From the IMG/VR virus record IMGVR_UViG_3300005095_000008, positions 1-64,000 of that record: a stretch of DNA of 64,000 nucleotides; one strand, written 5' to 3'. The translations under genes and the position numbers were made by a program. The notes under the pieces are model-generated. The model did no database searches, was not told the DNA's origin, and saw nothing but the letters and a program-made list of their open reading frames with translations. How positions within the stretch are numbered: position 1 is the stretch's first letter; each line of letters opens with the position of its first letter. This stretch comes from a virus. Below, one piece after another: positions 39,250-49,496 of the stretch.

Positions 39250-39970
39250 TTTTAACCTTATGCACAAAACGTTCAGCATCGTTAAACGCTAACTCTGTAT
39301 CAATATTTAATAATGGTATGAGTAGTGTAATCTTACCATTTACTGTTTCGATATAACACTCATCATATTTAGTCCGTGTAAACTCTTTGACTGTCATATC
39401 TTTATAAACAATCTTAGAAAGGTTTCCAATCTCATCATAGGTATAAACCATATCATCATTTGAGATATAAATATCTTGATTACCAGAGACCATATGCTTA
39501 CATTTACATCTATCATAGTGTTGTGTATAGTGAATATATGTAGGTGTATCTTTCTCTGTTACTTCAATCGTATAAAGTTTATCATCTCTATAAGTATAAA
39601 AACGCTCCAATCTGCGTTCTCCAATAGTAACGATCTCCCTAGATAGTTTCCCATCAATATATTCGAACTCTATCTTCTTAGAACGACTCTCTCGTGTAAT
39701 AGGATATAGAGATTTATTTAACAGTATTGTCACACACTCTTTGCCATCAAAATACTCTATCATGCTCTTATCGTCAGATATATATGCATTCTTAAATTTC
39801 GTCTGTAAACGTTTTACATAAACATCATTATCAGACACAACCAGTGTATTAAGAATATTACTCACCTTACACTGTTTGATGTTACGAAGAAACCATTCTT
39901 GTACATCCATTCTAATCGCCATCGCTCTTAACGTTGTTTCATTAATTACGTTAATCTTTTTCATTGTCAC
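39236..39970 (-). CDS. hypothetical protein with YD-like repeats
   Basis: FEYIDGKL, YTYRDDKL and YTYDEIGNL segments; early-type motif at 39990-40000. Confidence 0.65.
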   Translation of the reverse strand: MTMKKINVINETTLRAMAIRMDVQEWFLRNIKQCKVSNILNTLVVSDNDVYVKRLQTKFKNAYISDDKSMIEYFDGKECVTILLNKSLYPITRESRSKKIEFEYIDGKLSREIVTIGERRLERFYTYRDDKLYTIEVTEKDTPTYIHYTQHYDRCKCKHMVSGNQDIYISNDDMVYTYDEIGNLSKIVYKDMTVKEFTRTKYDECYIETVNGKITLLIPLLNIDTELAFNDAERFVHKVKNETI

Positions 39971-40017
39971 TCCTTTTAAGTTAGTATTACTATAATATAC
40001 AAATATAAAACTTTACA

Positions 40018-40041
40018 TAGATAGACCATATGGTCTATCTA
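40018..40041 (-). terminator. palindrome at the nrdB stop
   Basis: tagatagaccatatggtctatcta. Confidence 0.65.
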
Positions 40042-41120
40042 TAATATATTTCTTTTAGTTCTGAAAGTCGCGACCTTAGATCATTCTTAAGTACACCCTT
40101 ATTGTATGCAGTATTAGATTTCTCTTGCATCGCCGTATTTTGTTTTTTAATATCGCGATAGTCATTGAACCATGTGATAACATCATTCTTTTCTCTCTTA
40201 TAAATTGGTTCTAAACCGATGTCTTTGAGACACTTGTCTGCAAAGTATTCGATTATATATTCGTTAATATCGTGTGTGAAACCTGGAATTGGTCCGTATT
40301 TAAGTAAGTAGTCAGACCACTCTTTCTCTTTTGCTACAACTTCTTTTACGTATTCATAAATGAAGTGTTCGTCATATACATCTTGAAATCCTTGCGAAGG
40401 GTCTTTACGAATGATTCTAAGGACATTCTTATTAAGAGGTACGTGAAAGTCTAATTCATCTTGTGCAATGAGTCTAAGAAGCGCAGAAAATCCTTGTACA
40501 CCGCCCTCAAAGTTTCTATTAATGTTCCACGTCGTATAGAAACTAAACGGAAACTTAATAGATTCTAATACATAAGTAGCTACAATTGCCTTAAAAAGAA
40601 TTTCATAGTTCTCTTCGCCATTCTTGATAACAGATTCAAAAAGTTCGTCTGCAAAGTCTTTTTCGTTATCAATTCTACTACGAATGAATGGGTCTGTGAG
40701 TGCTAAATTAATTTTATCTTCTGCTTCACTACCAAACATTTGACTCAAACCATAACTATAACTAGTAGCATGTACAGATTCGTTCTGCGCTACATATTGA
40801 TATGCTAATCGCATCTCTGTATTGGTAGCAGCGAGTGCTAAGTAGTTATAGATACCTACAACACCAGAATCCATAATGGTCTGGTATCCATTTGTCTTCA
40901 GAAAGATATCTTGTGCTCTCTCTGAAAGTTTATCCCATCCTGTAATATCAGAAGAGAAGTCTACTGCTGTCCATGCCCATACGTCAGAGAACCCTTTCTT
41001 AAATGTATTCATAATACTGTTATGGGAAATTTTATCTATTCTAAAGATACCTGTCTGTCCAAAGAATAGTTTACTATTATCTGTATCGATCTTCAAATCG
41101 AGTATTGTTCTGTTTTCCAT
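40035..41120 (-). CDS. nrdB: ribonucleotide reductase class I beta subunit
   Basis: D, ESVH..SY (radical Tyr), LES..F and DE...H di-metal ligands. Confidence 0.93.
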   Translation of the reverse strand: MENRTILDLKIDTDNSKLFFGQTGIFRIDKISHNSIMNTFKKGFSDVWAWTAVDFSSDITGWDKLSERAQDIFLKTNGYQTIMDSGVVGIYNYLALAATNTEMRLAYQYVAQNESVHATSYSYGLSQMFGSEAEDKINLALTDPFIRSRIDNEKDFADELFESVIKNGEENYEILFKAIVATYVLESIKFPFSFYTTWNINRNFEGGVQGFSALLRLIAQDELDFHVPLNKNVLRIIRKDPSQGFQDVYDEHFIYEYVKEVVAKEKEWSDYLLKYGPIPGFTHDINEYIIEYFADKCLKDIGLEPIYKREKNDVITWFNDYRDIKKQNTAMQEKSNTAYNKGVLKNDLRSRLSELKEIYYR

Positions 41121-41128
41121 TATATCTC

Positions 41129-43390
41129 CTAAACCTTACAACTTTCACATTCTACTTCATCGTTCTTTGTAGATTTTGCATAGTAGAGTCCTTTCATACC
41201 AAGTCTATCTGCTGTGAGAATATCTCTCAATAGATCAAATGCGGTTGTCTTCTCTGGTATATAATAAAGTGTTACACTCTGTCCTTGGTCTAACCAACGT
41301 TGTCTTACAGCTGCATTAGTTAAAATATCATTAGAATCGATATCAAATGCAAGTTCATACTTGTGTCCTAGTGTCGCTACATTTGGCGCTAACTGTGGAC
41401 AAGTATATGTGCCATCTTTCATAGCTGATAACGCATGTAGTGGTTCTGTACCTTCTGTAGAGTTCATAATGAGTGAACTCGTAGCAGTAGGCGCAATCGC
41501 CATCACTGTTGAGAATCTAGCGCCACATGCCAATAGATCTTGACGTAGTGTTTCCCAATCATAATTGAGTGGATATTCAACATCTCCTGCAAATAATTCA
41601 AATGTGAACTTTCCATCTTTATATTTTGTTTCGTTAAACTTCTTAAACCTGCCTCTCTCTTTAGCGAGTCTAATTGATGCTTTCATTAGATGGTAATAGA
41701 CTGATTCCATTACATCATTCACAAACTGTAATGTATCTTCACCACCCCATTTTAAAGTGTTTTTAGCAAGTAATTGCGCGAGGTTTGTTACACCTACACC
41801 AATCGCTCTAAACTCTTTGTTAAATCGTTCCCCTTCTTTCGTAGGATAAAACGCATAGTCAATGAGATTATCAGATGCTCTTAGTAGATTATACGCAATA
41901 CGTTCTCTCTTTTCGTCATCATGGTAAAACCAACGCATAAGGTTAATAGAACTAAGATTACAGAGTGCGATATAACCAGGTTCATACTCTTCTGTAAGCG
42001 TAACTTCATCGGTAGACATATTTTCAGAAAGTTCGAAGTCTTTGAATTCTACAGCTTTTGTAGGAAGATAGATTTCATTACAGAGATTAGAGCTGTAGAT
42101 CTTATGATTAAAGTTATTTTGCTTCTCTACATTCTCTTCTAAGAAGATATAGATATTACCTGTTTCGAATCTTTGTTTTACGAGTTCGAATAGATAGTCA
42201 AGTGCATTGACTGTTTTCTTCATAATGCCTTGTTTCTTCTCGTACTCTTCATAGAGCGTATTGAATGCTTCGCCAGTAGTCTCTTCTAATAGAGGTACTT
42301 CTTTAGGATCAAAGAGTGTCATCTCTTGATCGTTGAGTGCTCTCTCTAAAAAGAGTTTATTAATCTTGACACCATACATAAGTCCTCTAGCACGTCTATC
42401 TTCTGTACCACCCTCTTCTTTAAGCTCAAGCATATCAGGAGCATCATAGTGCCATAGAGAGAAGTAGACTGCACACGCACCGGGTCTGGTTCCATCTTGG
42501 TTATAGGCTTTTACGCCTGCTTCTGTAAGCTTAATGAATGGAATTGGTCCAGAAGAAGTTCCTGTTGTTCCAATAAGAGAATTTGACGCTCTTACAGAAG
42601 TAATATCTGTAGCGAGTCCACCAGAGTGTTTTGAATACAAGAACAAGTTAGAGTTAGTCTTATTGATTCCTCTAGAGTTATCTGGCATCTTAGAGACGAC
42701 ACAGGATGACATCTGTGGATTGTACGAGAGTGAGTTTTTAAACTTTGGTGTGGCTTCAGAGAACTCATGTTGAGATACATCATCATAACGTTCTTTAATT
42801 AGAGCCATTCTGACGTCTTTTGGTTCTTTCCAGAAGGCGAACATAGCCAAACGCATGAAACCGTGTTGAGGTAGCTCTAGGATACGTTTACGAGTATATC
42901 TTTTCGCTTGCTTGTCGAAGAATACCCTAAGACCAAGATAATTAATATCGAAATCTCTCTCTTGTACGATATAAGAGTTTAATTCGATGATTTCTTGTTC
43001 TGAAAACGAGTTTACTACTTCTTTATCATAGACTTTATATTTCACACCTTTTTTAAGGACATCTCCATAGAATGGATATTTATCTCTTTTCATTCCCCAT
43101 AGTTCTTTATACTGTTTTAGAATTAGTAGGTTTCGAGCAACGGTATCTGCTAAAGGAAACTCTTTAGAAATCATATTCTCTACAGTGTTTAGTACTTCAT
43201 TATAGAGTTTTGTGATTTGGATCTTATCATAGATTTTGAGTTTGACACTTTTGAGTATCTCTTCTACCATGATTTCATTATTTTCAGCCGCCCACATCAA
43301 TACTTTATGCAACTTCTCTTCGCTAAATGGTTCTGTTCTTCCGTCACGTTTAATAACTGTGTGACTTTTGCCATCCATAAGTGTTATCAT
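41129..43390 (-). CDS. nrdA: ribonucleotide reductase class I alpha subunit with ATP cone
   Basis: VIKRDG ATP cone, SSC, SNLCNEI, CNL.S, APTATS, LYY and C-terminal CESC; start moved to 43390. Confidence 0.95.
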   Translation of the reverse strand: MITLMDGKSHTVIKRDGRTEPFSEEKLHKVLMWAAENNEIMVEEILKSVKLKIYDKIQITKLYNEVLNTVENMISKEFPLADTVARNLLILKQYKELWGMKRDKYPFYGDVLKKGVKYKVYDKEVVNSFSEQEIIELNSYIVQERDFDINYLGLRVFFDKQAKRYTRKRILELPQHGFMRLAMFAFWKEPKDVRMALIKERYDDVSQHEFSEATPKFKNSLSYNPQMSSCVVSKMPDNSRGINKTNSNLFLYSKHSGGLATDITSVRASNSLIGTTGTSSGPIPFIKLTEAGVKAYNQDGTRPGACAVYFSLWHYDAPDMLELKEEGGTEDRRARGLMYGVKINKLFLERALNDQEMTLFDPKEVPLLEETTGEAFNTLYEEYEKKQGIMKKTVNALDYLFELVKQRFETGNIYIFLEENVEKQNNFNHKIYSSNLCNEIYLPTKAVEFKDFELSENMSTDEVTLTEEYEPGYIALCNLSSINLMRWFYHDDEKRERIAYNLLRASDNLIDYAFYPTKEGERFNKEFRAIGVGVTNLAQLLAKNTLKWGGEDTLQFVNDVMESVYYHLMKASIRLAKERGRFKKFNETKYKDGKFTFELFAGDVEYPLNYDWETLRQDLLACGARFSTVMAIAPTATSSLIMNSTEGTEPLHALSAMKDGTYTCPQLAPNVATLGHKYELAFDIDSNDILTNAAVRQRWLDQGQSVTLYYIPEKTTAFDLLRDILTADRLGMKGLYYAKSTKNDEVECESCKV

Positions 43391-43473
43391 CTCTATTCCT
43401 TTAAAATTATCAAAAAATAATAGTAATTTTTTATGCATTAAAATATGATGTATCGGAATAAAAATAAAAAAGC

Positions 43474-43500
43474 CTCTACAGACCATATTGGTCTGTAGAG
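43474..43500 (-). terminator. hairpin plus T-tract
   Basis: ctctacagacc-atatt-ggtctgtagag. Confidence 0.7.
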
Positions 43501-43513
43501 TTTATGTTATTTA

Positions 43514-44746
43514 TTACGCTTCTTTAAGATTTTGAAGGTATACTTTGCCTAATCCATCTACTGCAGTTGGAATGTTCCAATATGTTTTTGTAAGAACGAG
43601 TAATGTAAACGGAAGATATGGATAAATGCCTACAGTCTCCCATTTAGCAGCTTCATCGATTTTATCAATCTCTTTTGAGCCTTTTTTAAGAATATTAAAA
43701 ACAGATTCCTTAACTTTCTTACGATTTTGAACAATTTTTAGAGCTTCATCACATAATTTAATAAGTTCTTTCAGATCTGGTGTCGTGAAAGTTGGTGTGA
43801 TTCCAAAACCATCTACCATGCTAAAAGGAATGCTGCGCGTTGTATAATGATACGGCATCATATCACTTGTAATATGCAAAGGTTTACATCTATTCAAAAA
43901 CCAGGCTTGATTATTTGTGGCGCCAACAAGCAAGTAATCCCTATCTCCGCTTTTACAAAAGAATTTAAATACTTTCTCAATCCATGAACGTTGTACTTGT
44001 TTAAGTGCTGATGTGTTATCGAAAATCTGTTCGACATCACCATCTTTTGTCATCATAGATATGATTGCGTTTGTTGTTTTATCAATAAAGTCTGCAGAAC
44101 CATATTTCTTAATAATACCATTCATTGCTTTAATTGGATCTTTTGTTCCACCGAATCCCATGATACCGATAAATTTACCTGTTTGCCAGCCAATCACATT
44201 TGTATCAGATATTTCACTAAGAGTCAGTTTCTTACCTGATTTCTCATATTCTTCAAGTTTAGATTTTGTATCTTCAAGGTCTGTAAATAACTTATCTATA
44301 ACAATGTTTAATTTATCCATAAATTTTAAAAGACTAGCTTCTAATCTAGCAAATGTTTTGTTAATTGCGATAATTATTTTCGTAATTGCTGATTTTGATT
44401 CTTCTACGGCAGAAATAAGACTAGATGTTGGGTCTGTAATTTCTTCAAGTCCAATTTCAGAGAAGTCTAAACCTTCAAAACCTAATACATCGAATGATTT
44501 TTGTACGCTTGTCAAATATTGTGCAACAAATAATTTATCTACTGTTCCGTTTTCTAAAGCTACTTCTGCTGTTTTAATATCTTTCTCAAGCATAGCTACT
44601 TGTTGCTTACCATCTTCAATAGCAGCATAAATTTTTAGAATTTCTGCTTCAGCCATTGATTGTTCTTCCATTGCTAAAACTGTGCTCTCAAACGTAGAAA
44701 CTTTTTCAAATGTTTCTTCCATTGCAATTTCGTCAAATAATTTCAT
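43514..44746 (-). CDS. internal head / ejection protein candidate
   Basis: acidic N-terminus with AMEE twice, GLEE and AVEE, then a basic segment, as in phiKZ inner-body protein families. Confidence 0.65.
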   Translation of the reverse strand: MKLFDEIAMEETFEKVSTFESTVLAMEEQSMAEAEILKIYAAIEDGKQQVAMLEKDIKTAEVALENGTVDKLFVAQYLTSVQKSFDVLGFEGLDFSEIGLEEITDPTSSLISAVEESKSAITKIIIAINKTFARLEASLLKFMDKLNIVIDKLFTDLEDTKSKLEEYEKSGKKLTLSEISDTNVIGWQTGKFIGIMGFGGTKDPIKAMNGIIKKYGSADFIDKTTNAIISMMTKDGDVEQIFDNTSALKQVQRSWIEKVFKFFCKSGDRDYLLVGATNNQAWFLNRCKPLHITSDMMPYHYTTRSIPFSMVDGFGITPTFTTPDLKELIKLCDEALKIVQNRKKVKESVFNILKKGSKEIDKIDEAAKWETVGIYPYLPFTLLVLTKTYWNIPTAVDGLGKVYLQNLKEA

Positions 44747-44773
44747 TTTTTAAACCTTTAGTATTTATTTCAT

Positions 44774-45613
44774 TTAAACGTATCTAAACCCTAGATTTTT
44801 CAATCTATTATACCACCCTCTCTTAAAGCGAGCGTATCTCTTTGGATTGTTCTTTATTAATCTATTGTAAAAGTGATACATTTCAGCCAACATCAATTGG
44901 TTCAAAATTTCATCAGAACCTTTAAACGTCCTCACAGCTGTTCTTGTTTTTTTACCAAGAATACCATCTGCTTTCAACTTCAATGCTTTCTGTAATACTT
45001 TTACACCTCTTGCCTTTCCACCATTTACAGAATTAGAAAAGAAAGTCAGCGCGCTATTGTAAAATTTCATCTCTTCAAAGATAGCATTCAACTTCTTATC
45101 TAAGAAATGTTTTACATAAAATGCATAGGCTAAAATTCTAATCTGTTCTTTCTCATCATTACTCAATAAGTAATTCAATTTAATAGCATTTCCTGGCGTT
45201 TCTCTTAACGCATATTTCTTAAAGAGTGAGTCAATATACTTAATAATTTTACTATTTGGAAATGATTTCTTATAAACACCATACGGTGATGTATAAGCAG
45301 ACTCTCTTCTATTCCAGTGTATCACTGTGCCTTCAGCTCTTCCAAGGTACTCTAGTATCCTATCTTCTAATCGAATGTGTTTTTCTTTTTCTATCAATAA
45401 CTTTGCAATGTTATCGAAAAATACATACTTGTCTATTTTTAGTAATGCGTCTAATGTTCTGTATCCAACGATACCATCTTCTACGACATTACCGTTAGAT
45501 AGATTAATCGCTTTTTGTAATAGTAAATCTAATTTTTGTTCTAACAAAAACTCTACTGTTAAAAATAAATCAGTATCAGCATGCTTCTTAAAAAGTGCTA
45601 ACGAGCTCTTCAT
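44774..45613 (-). CDS. endolysin, GH108-like with peptidoglycan-binding domains
   Basis: EG...YGV catalytic region, two LQKA..DGI.G..T repeats, C-terminal RFKRGWYNR. Confidence 0.8.
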   Translation of the reverse strand: MKSSLALFKKHADTDLFLTVEFLLEQKLDLLLQKAINLSNGNVVEDGIVGYRTLDALLKIDKYVFFDNIAKLLIEKEKHIRLEDRILEYLGRAEGTVIHWNRRESAYTSPYGVYKKSFPNSKIIKYIDSLFKKYALRETPGNAIKLNYLLSNDEKEQIRILAYAFYVKHFLDKKLNAIFEEMKFYNSALTFFSNSVNGGKARGVKVLQKALKLKADGILGKKTRTAVRTFKGSDEILNQLMLAEMYHFYNRLIKNNPKRYARFKRGWYNRLKNLGFRYV

Positions 45614-45614
45614 A

Positions 45615-45863
45615 TCAATCTCCTGTTGTCTCTAATACATACGGTATATCAATTGTTTTATATTCATCTTGCATAAAATAAAATGGTTGTGTTATTGTTA
45701 CTCTCTCTCCATGCTTTGCTTCAAACCAAGGTTCTTCTAACACACCGTCTGTAGAGACATAGAGAAGTGCGTGTTTTGCCTTCATAATATTTTGTATAAT
45801 AATAGTACCATCACCAGGATCTAGCAATACAGGTACTTCTCTCTCTAATGTTACAAAATCCAT
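45615..45863 (-). CDS. hypothetical protein
   Basis: 82 aa; GAGGAG SD. Confidence 0.7.
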   Translation of the reverse strand: MDFVTLEREVPVLLDPGDGTIIIQNIMKAKHALLYVSTDGVLEEPWFEAKHGERVTITQPFYFMQDEYKTIDIPYVLETTGD

Positions 45864-45888
45864 AGGTTCTCCTCTGTTCTAAATATAG

Positions 45889-45920
45889 ACATGAGACTGT
45901 CAATTTAGACAGTCTCATGT
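45889..45920 (-). terminator. hairpin
   Basis: acatgagactgtc-aattta-gacagtctcatgt. Confidence 0.65.
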
Positions 45921-46372
45921 TAGTTAATCGTAATTGGAGGTTGTTTAATCTCAAAATCTACACCAGAGAAATCAAGACTATCTAACTTCTCTTTAATAGA
46001 CATAAGTTCGTCATGCTCTTCTTTACTCAAACCACTTCCAACAGCTACAGTTGGAACTGTTGATGTTTGATTCAACACGGTAGCACCATTTATCTTTACA
46101 AATGGGCTTTCATAATCATCAGAGAACAAGTTAAACTTTACATCTAGATCGCAACCATCTGCAACAACAACCCACCCATTCGTCATAAAGTAGAAAGCTG
46201 GTGCGGATGCATTATTACCTAGATCATCTCCACCAACAACGCGCATCGCTCTTAAATAATTAGGATGATCTACCGCCCAACGTTTCCACGCAGAGTATAG
46301 ATCTACACGTACATCAATGGACGTCTCATCTGTTATGGTTATCTGTTTAGTCGTACCATTGAATGTTATCAT
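45920..46372 (-). CDS. putative virion accessory protein
   Basis: DLYSAWKRW...GGD...F..NGW; paralogous to the N-terminus of 46382..47725. Confidence 0.6.
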   Translation of the reverse strand: MITFNGTTKQITITDETSIDVRVDLYSAWKRWAVDHPNYLRAMRVVGGDDLGNNASAPAFYFMTNGWVVVADGCDLDVKFNLFSDDYESPFVKINGATVLNQTSTVPTVAVGSGLSKEEHDELMSIKEKLDSLDFSGVDFEIKQPPITIN

Positions 46373-46381
46373 GTTCTATCC

Positions 46382-47725
46382 TTAATTATTTACATATGTC
46401 ATTTCTGTGTTCGCTACGAGAGATAGTTTAATAGTTTTAGAACGTGTGATTGTACCTGTGGCTACGACATATTGCGCAGAATCTAGACCAATACCTACGA
46501 GTGTAACAGGAGCGTCTGTTCCTTCTGTTCCAGCTCCACGCTGATCGTTACTGTCAAAGTCATAATCAAATGGAATACTTGCATTACCATCAATCGTTCC
46601 AGCAATTGGAATACCACTAGCATCTTCAACAGTGATAGCATTATCAGTACCAAAATCATTACCATTGCCGTCTGTCGTAAAGAATAAATGATAGATCGCT
46701 TCTGGGTCTGCTTGTAATGGTGCGTTAAACTCAAGAATACCAGCAGATGTAAATGGATTTACTCTTTCACTTCCGCTATCATCAATAAAGACAACTCTGT
46801 TTGAATCTTCTTGACGTACATTGTCGATATAACCATTGACGTAGAGTGTGTCACCAATAAAATACATAAGTGTATCGGCAGTGTCACCACGAACATCACC
46901 TTCGCCATTATCGATATCTGACTCTTGTCGCATAAGATATTGGTGTTTCTCATAAATTTGCTCTAGTGTCTTGTTATCACCTTCTACAATAACAGAGAAG
47001 TCATAGTTAGTACCACCAACATCTCTCTGTTGTGCGTCATCATAGTATGTAATCGTGATATTATCATACGGCGCTTGTGCGATTTCAGCATCGCTATGTG
47101 TAACTTTTGTATCTAGCTTATCTGATAGCGGTAGTGCGTATTTCTTATAAGTAAGCGCTGAAATATTCTGACCTACAATAAGATCATATTGATCGTATGT
47201 CTTTTGTTCTTCACGTAGGAAGATTGTAAATGCATTTCTTTTATCAAAATCGCCATTATCAGCGTCTCCATAAATTTTAATACATTGATTTACTTCACCT
47301 GGTAGAATCGTATCTACTGGAGAGTTTGGGTCTCCTTGAATATAATATGCTTGGTCAACAGTAGGATCATAGAACGCACCAAGTGATGTAATATTCATCC
47401 ACTCTTCTGCAGTCGTACCATCATCTTTCTTAACAGCAAATCCACCATCTCTAATAAGATTGATAGTATCAACATCTTTCCATTTCCAACCATTTACGAG
47501 GTCGAACTGTGTCCCTGATGGACCATCAATTGGTGTGAATGGGAATGGATGTCTAATCAATGTATCATCACTTTTCCATTCTTCTTTTGTAAATGAATAG
47601 ACAGCTTGCAACGCGACGCCATCATCCGATAGGTTGCCTGCTTTAATCAATTCGATTGTTCTATTTGCTGTATCAAAATTAAGCTCTGTTCCTTGATTCA
47701 AATCATCTGGATCTATAATCTTCAT
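46382..47725 (-). CDS. putative virion structural protein
   Basis: 447 aa; acidic and beta-rich; VYSFTKEEW..NGW. Confidence 0.6.
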   Translation of the reverse strand: MKIIDPDDLNQGTELNFDTANRTIELIKAGNLSDDGVALQAVYSFTKEEWKSDDTLIRHPFPFTPIDGPSGTQFDLVNGWKWKDVDTINLIRDGGFAVKKDDGTTAEEWMNITSLGAFYDPTVDQAYYIQGDPNSPVDTILPGEVNQCIKIYGDADNGDFDKRNAFTIFLREEQKTYDQYDLIVGQNISALTYKKYALPLSDKLDTKVTHSDAEIAQAPYDNITITYYDDAQQRDVGGTNYDFSVIVEGDNKTLEQIYEKHQYLMRQESDIDNGEGDVRGDTADTLMYFIGDTLYVNGYIDNVRQEDSNRVVFIDDSGSERVNPFTSAGILEFNAPLQADPEAIYHLFFTTDGNGNDFGTDNAITVEDASGIPIAGTIDGNASIPFDYDFDSNDQRGAGTEGTDAPVTLVGIGLDSAQYVVATGTITRSKTIKLSLVANTEMTYVNN

Positions 47726-47728
47726 TAC

Positions 47729-47917
47729 TTACCTTTCTTTTAATTTCTTTAATTTTATTGTAAAATTGCTATTAATAATTAAAAAATAATTATCTATTTC
47801 TAAAATTTTATCAGCTTCGATTCCGTATAATAGTGCGACTTCTTTACTTACTTCAGGAACATCGAATGTCATTCCTAAATATTTGCCATCAGTTGTTTCT
47901 ACAACTTTGACTCTCAT
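47729..47917 (-). CDS. small hypothetical protein
   Basis: 62 aa; AAAGGA SD. Confidence 0.65.
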   Translation of the reverse strand: MRVKVVETTDGKYLGMTFDVPEVSKEVALLYGIEADKILEIDNYFLIINSNFTIKLKKLKER

Positions 47918-47928
47918 AATTTATCCTT

Positions 47929-49482
47929 TTATGGGTTTATATAGGCACTATCTGGAATTTGCTTTATTGGAAGAGTTGCGTTTGTTCCATCGAGCTGTAC
48001 TGTTAACCTAATAGGCGCATAATCTTTATTATAAATAATAAGGACTGCATTATCGTAATTACCTTGGTAATCAATAACAACATCTCCAGAACTTGATTCT
48101 ATTGCATAAATCTCCTCATTTAAATCTTCTGTATATAACCGCACCTCTGTGTTGTCAACCAAACCAGTTATTGTTAGTGTTCCAGCAGCCTGTATGTCAA
48201 CTTGTCCATTATCTGTTCCTGGATCATTTGCGTCTAATTGACATGAAGTAGCGATAATTGTGACTTTTGTATTTGGATTATAATTATAGACTTTTCCATA
48301 ACACCGAACGTCAGACATTTTTATAACAACATCTTCATCGCAATCTATCCATATATTACCATCGACAATATGGTTAATGTAATCTGTATCGTCCTTAAGT
48401 CTAATAGAATTATCAGTTTTGGTAATAGAACCACCGCCTTGTAGTGTGTCATTAACACGTTCTACTTCTGCTGGTACAGAAAGCTCATAAGCATTAGAAC
48501 CGTTACAATTTTCAATATGTAGCTCACCTGTACCAACAAACTGAATGTGGATGTCACGTAGCTCATCTACGCGTTTAAACTTTATATTATCCAATAATAA
48601 AGTATAATCAGTGGCATCAGTCGCTTGCACTATCCTGATAGCACAATTCTTATCTTCATATACCGTACCAATTAAGTTATCTAAAGCGATTTGTTGATTT
48701 TCAACTGTGTCTGCTTCTAGTGTAACTTCGGCTAAGGTAGTTCGTTCAAAAATATCGCGTAGAATATCTTCACCCCATATCTCATGGTTTTTTATAAACC
48801 ATAAATTCGCCCATGTTTCACGAATAGCTGATTTGATTGTTCCTTCGTTATATGACTTCAAATCATCATCGGTATTACCTATAACAATATCTCCAGAGTG
48901 ATTTGGGAACACATCAGTTCCGTTTAACTGTACTGTCTCTTGTAAGACACCATTAATATAAAAATCAACAGCGTTATAGCCATTTCTTTGGTATTCCCAT
49001 GTACCTGTTAAGAAATAGTTTCTGTTTACTTGTGCTTGTAAATTAGACTGTGCGATTAGAAACGGTTGTCCGTCATCAGCTGCTTGCCAGGTAATCGCTT
49101 TACCGATTCCTACAAAAAAAGCAAAGTTATTGACGTACGCGCCTTCTTCAAAAATACAACTAGGCGTAATATTCTGGCTAAATCGACACCATATCCCAAG
49201 TGTCTTTCCAGTAGCGCCATATGTGTTAGGTACGTCAGTATTGATGTCTGCAGCATTATCAAATGACGCACCATTCTCACGGTCTTCATATGACGTTGAA
49301 TCATTTGATTTTAAAGCGTATGTAAAACCTTCACAACAGGGTTCTTCTACCCATGTATAGTTTCCACCATTAACTTTGGTTGGTGTCTCTGTTGTAACAC
49401 CATCTTCTTCCGCACCTTTATAATCGAGCGTAATCAAATGTGTCATGCCTAGGTCGCCTATTAACAAATCGTTAAGCGCCAT
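47929..49482 (-). CDS. LamG/concanavalin-A-like domain virion protein
   Basis: TLGIW..F, YFLTGTW...FYING.L and IVIG pattern. Confidence 0.65.
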   Translation of the reverse strand: MALNDLLIGDLGMTHLITLDYKGAEEDGVTTETPTKVNGGNYTWVEEPCCEGFTYALKSNDSTSYEDRENGASFDNAADINTDVPNTYGATGKTLGIWCRFSQNITPSCIFEEGAYVNNFAFFVGIGKAITWQAADDGQPFLIAQSNLQAQVNRNYFLTGTWEYQRNGYNAVDFYINGVLQETVQLNGTDVFPNHSGDIVIGNTDDDLKSYNEGTIKSAIRETWANLWFIKNHEIWGEDILRDIFERTTLAEVTLEADTVENQQIALDNLIGTVYEDKNCAIRIVQATDATDYTLLLDNIKFKRVDELRDIHIQFVGTGELHIENCNGSNAYELSVPAEVERVNDTLQGGGSITKTDNSIRLKDDTDYINHIVDGNIWIDCDEDVVIKMSDVRCYGKVYNYNPNTKVTIIATSCQLDANDPGTDNGQVDIQAAGTLTITGLVDNTEVRLYTEDLNEEIYAIESSSGDVVIDYQGNYDNAVLIIYNKDYAPIRLTVQLDGTNATLPIKQIPDSAYINP

Positions 49483-49496
49483 CTTTTATCCTTTTT

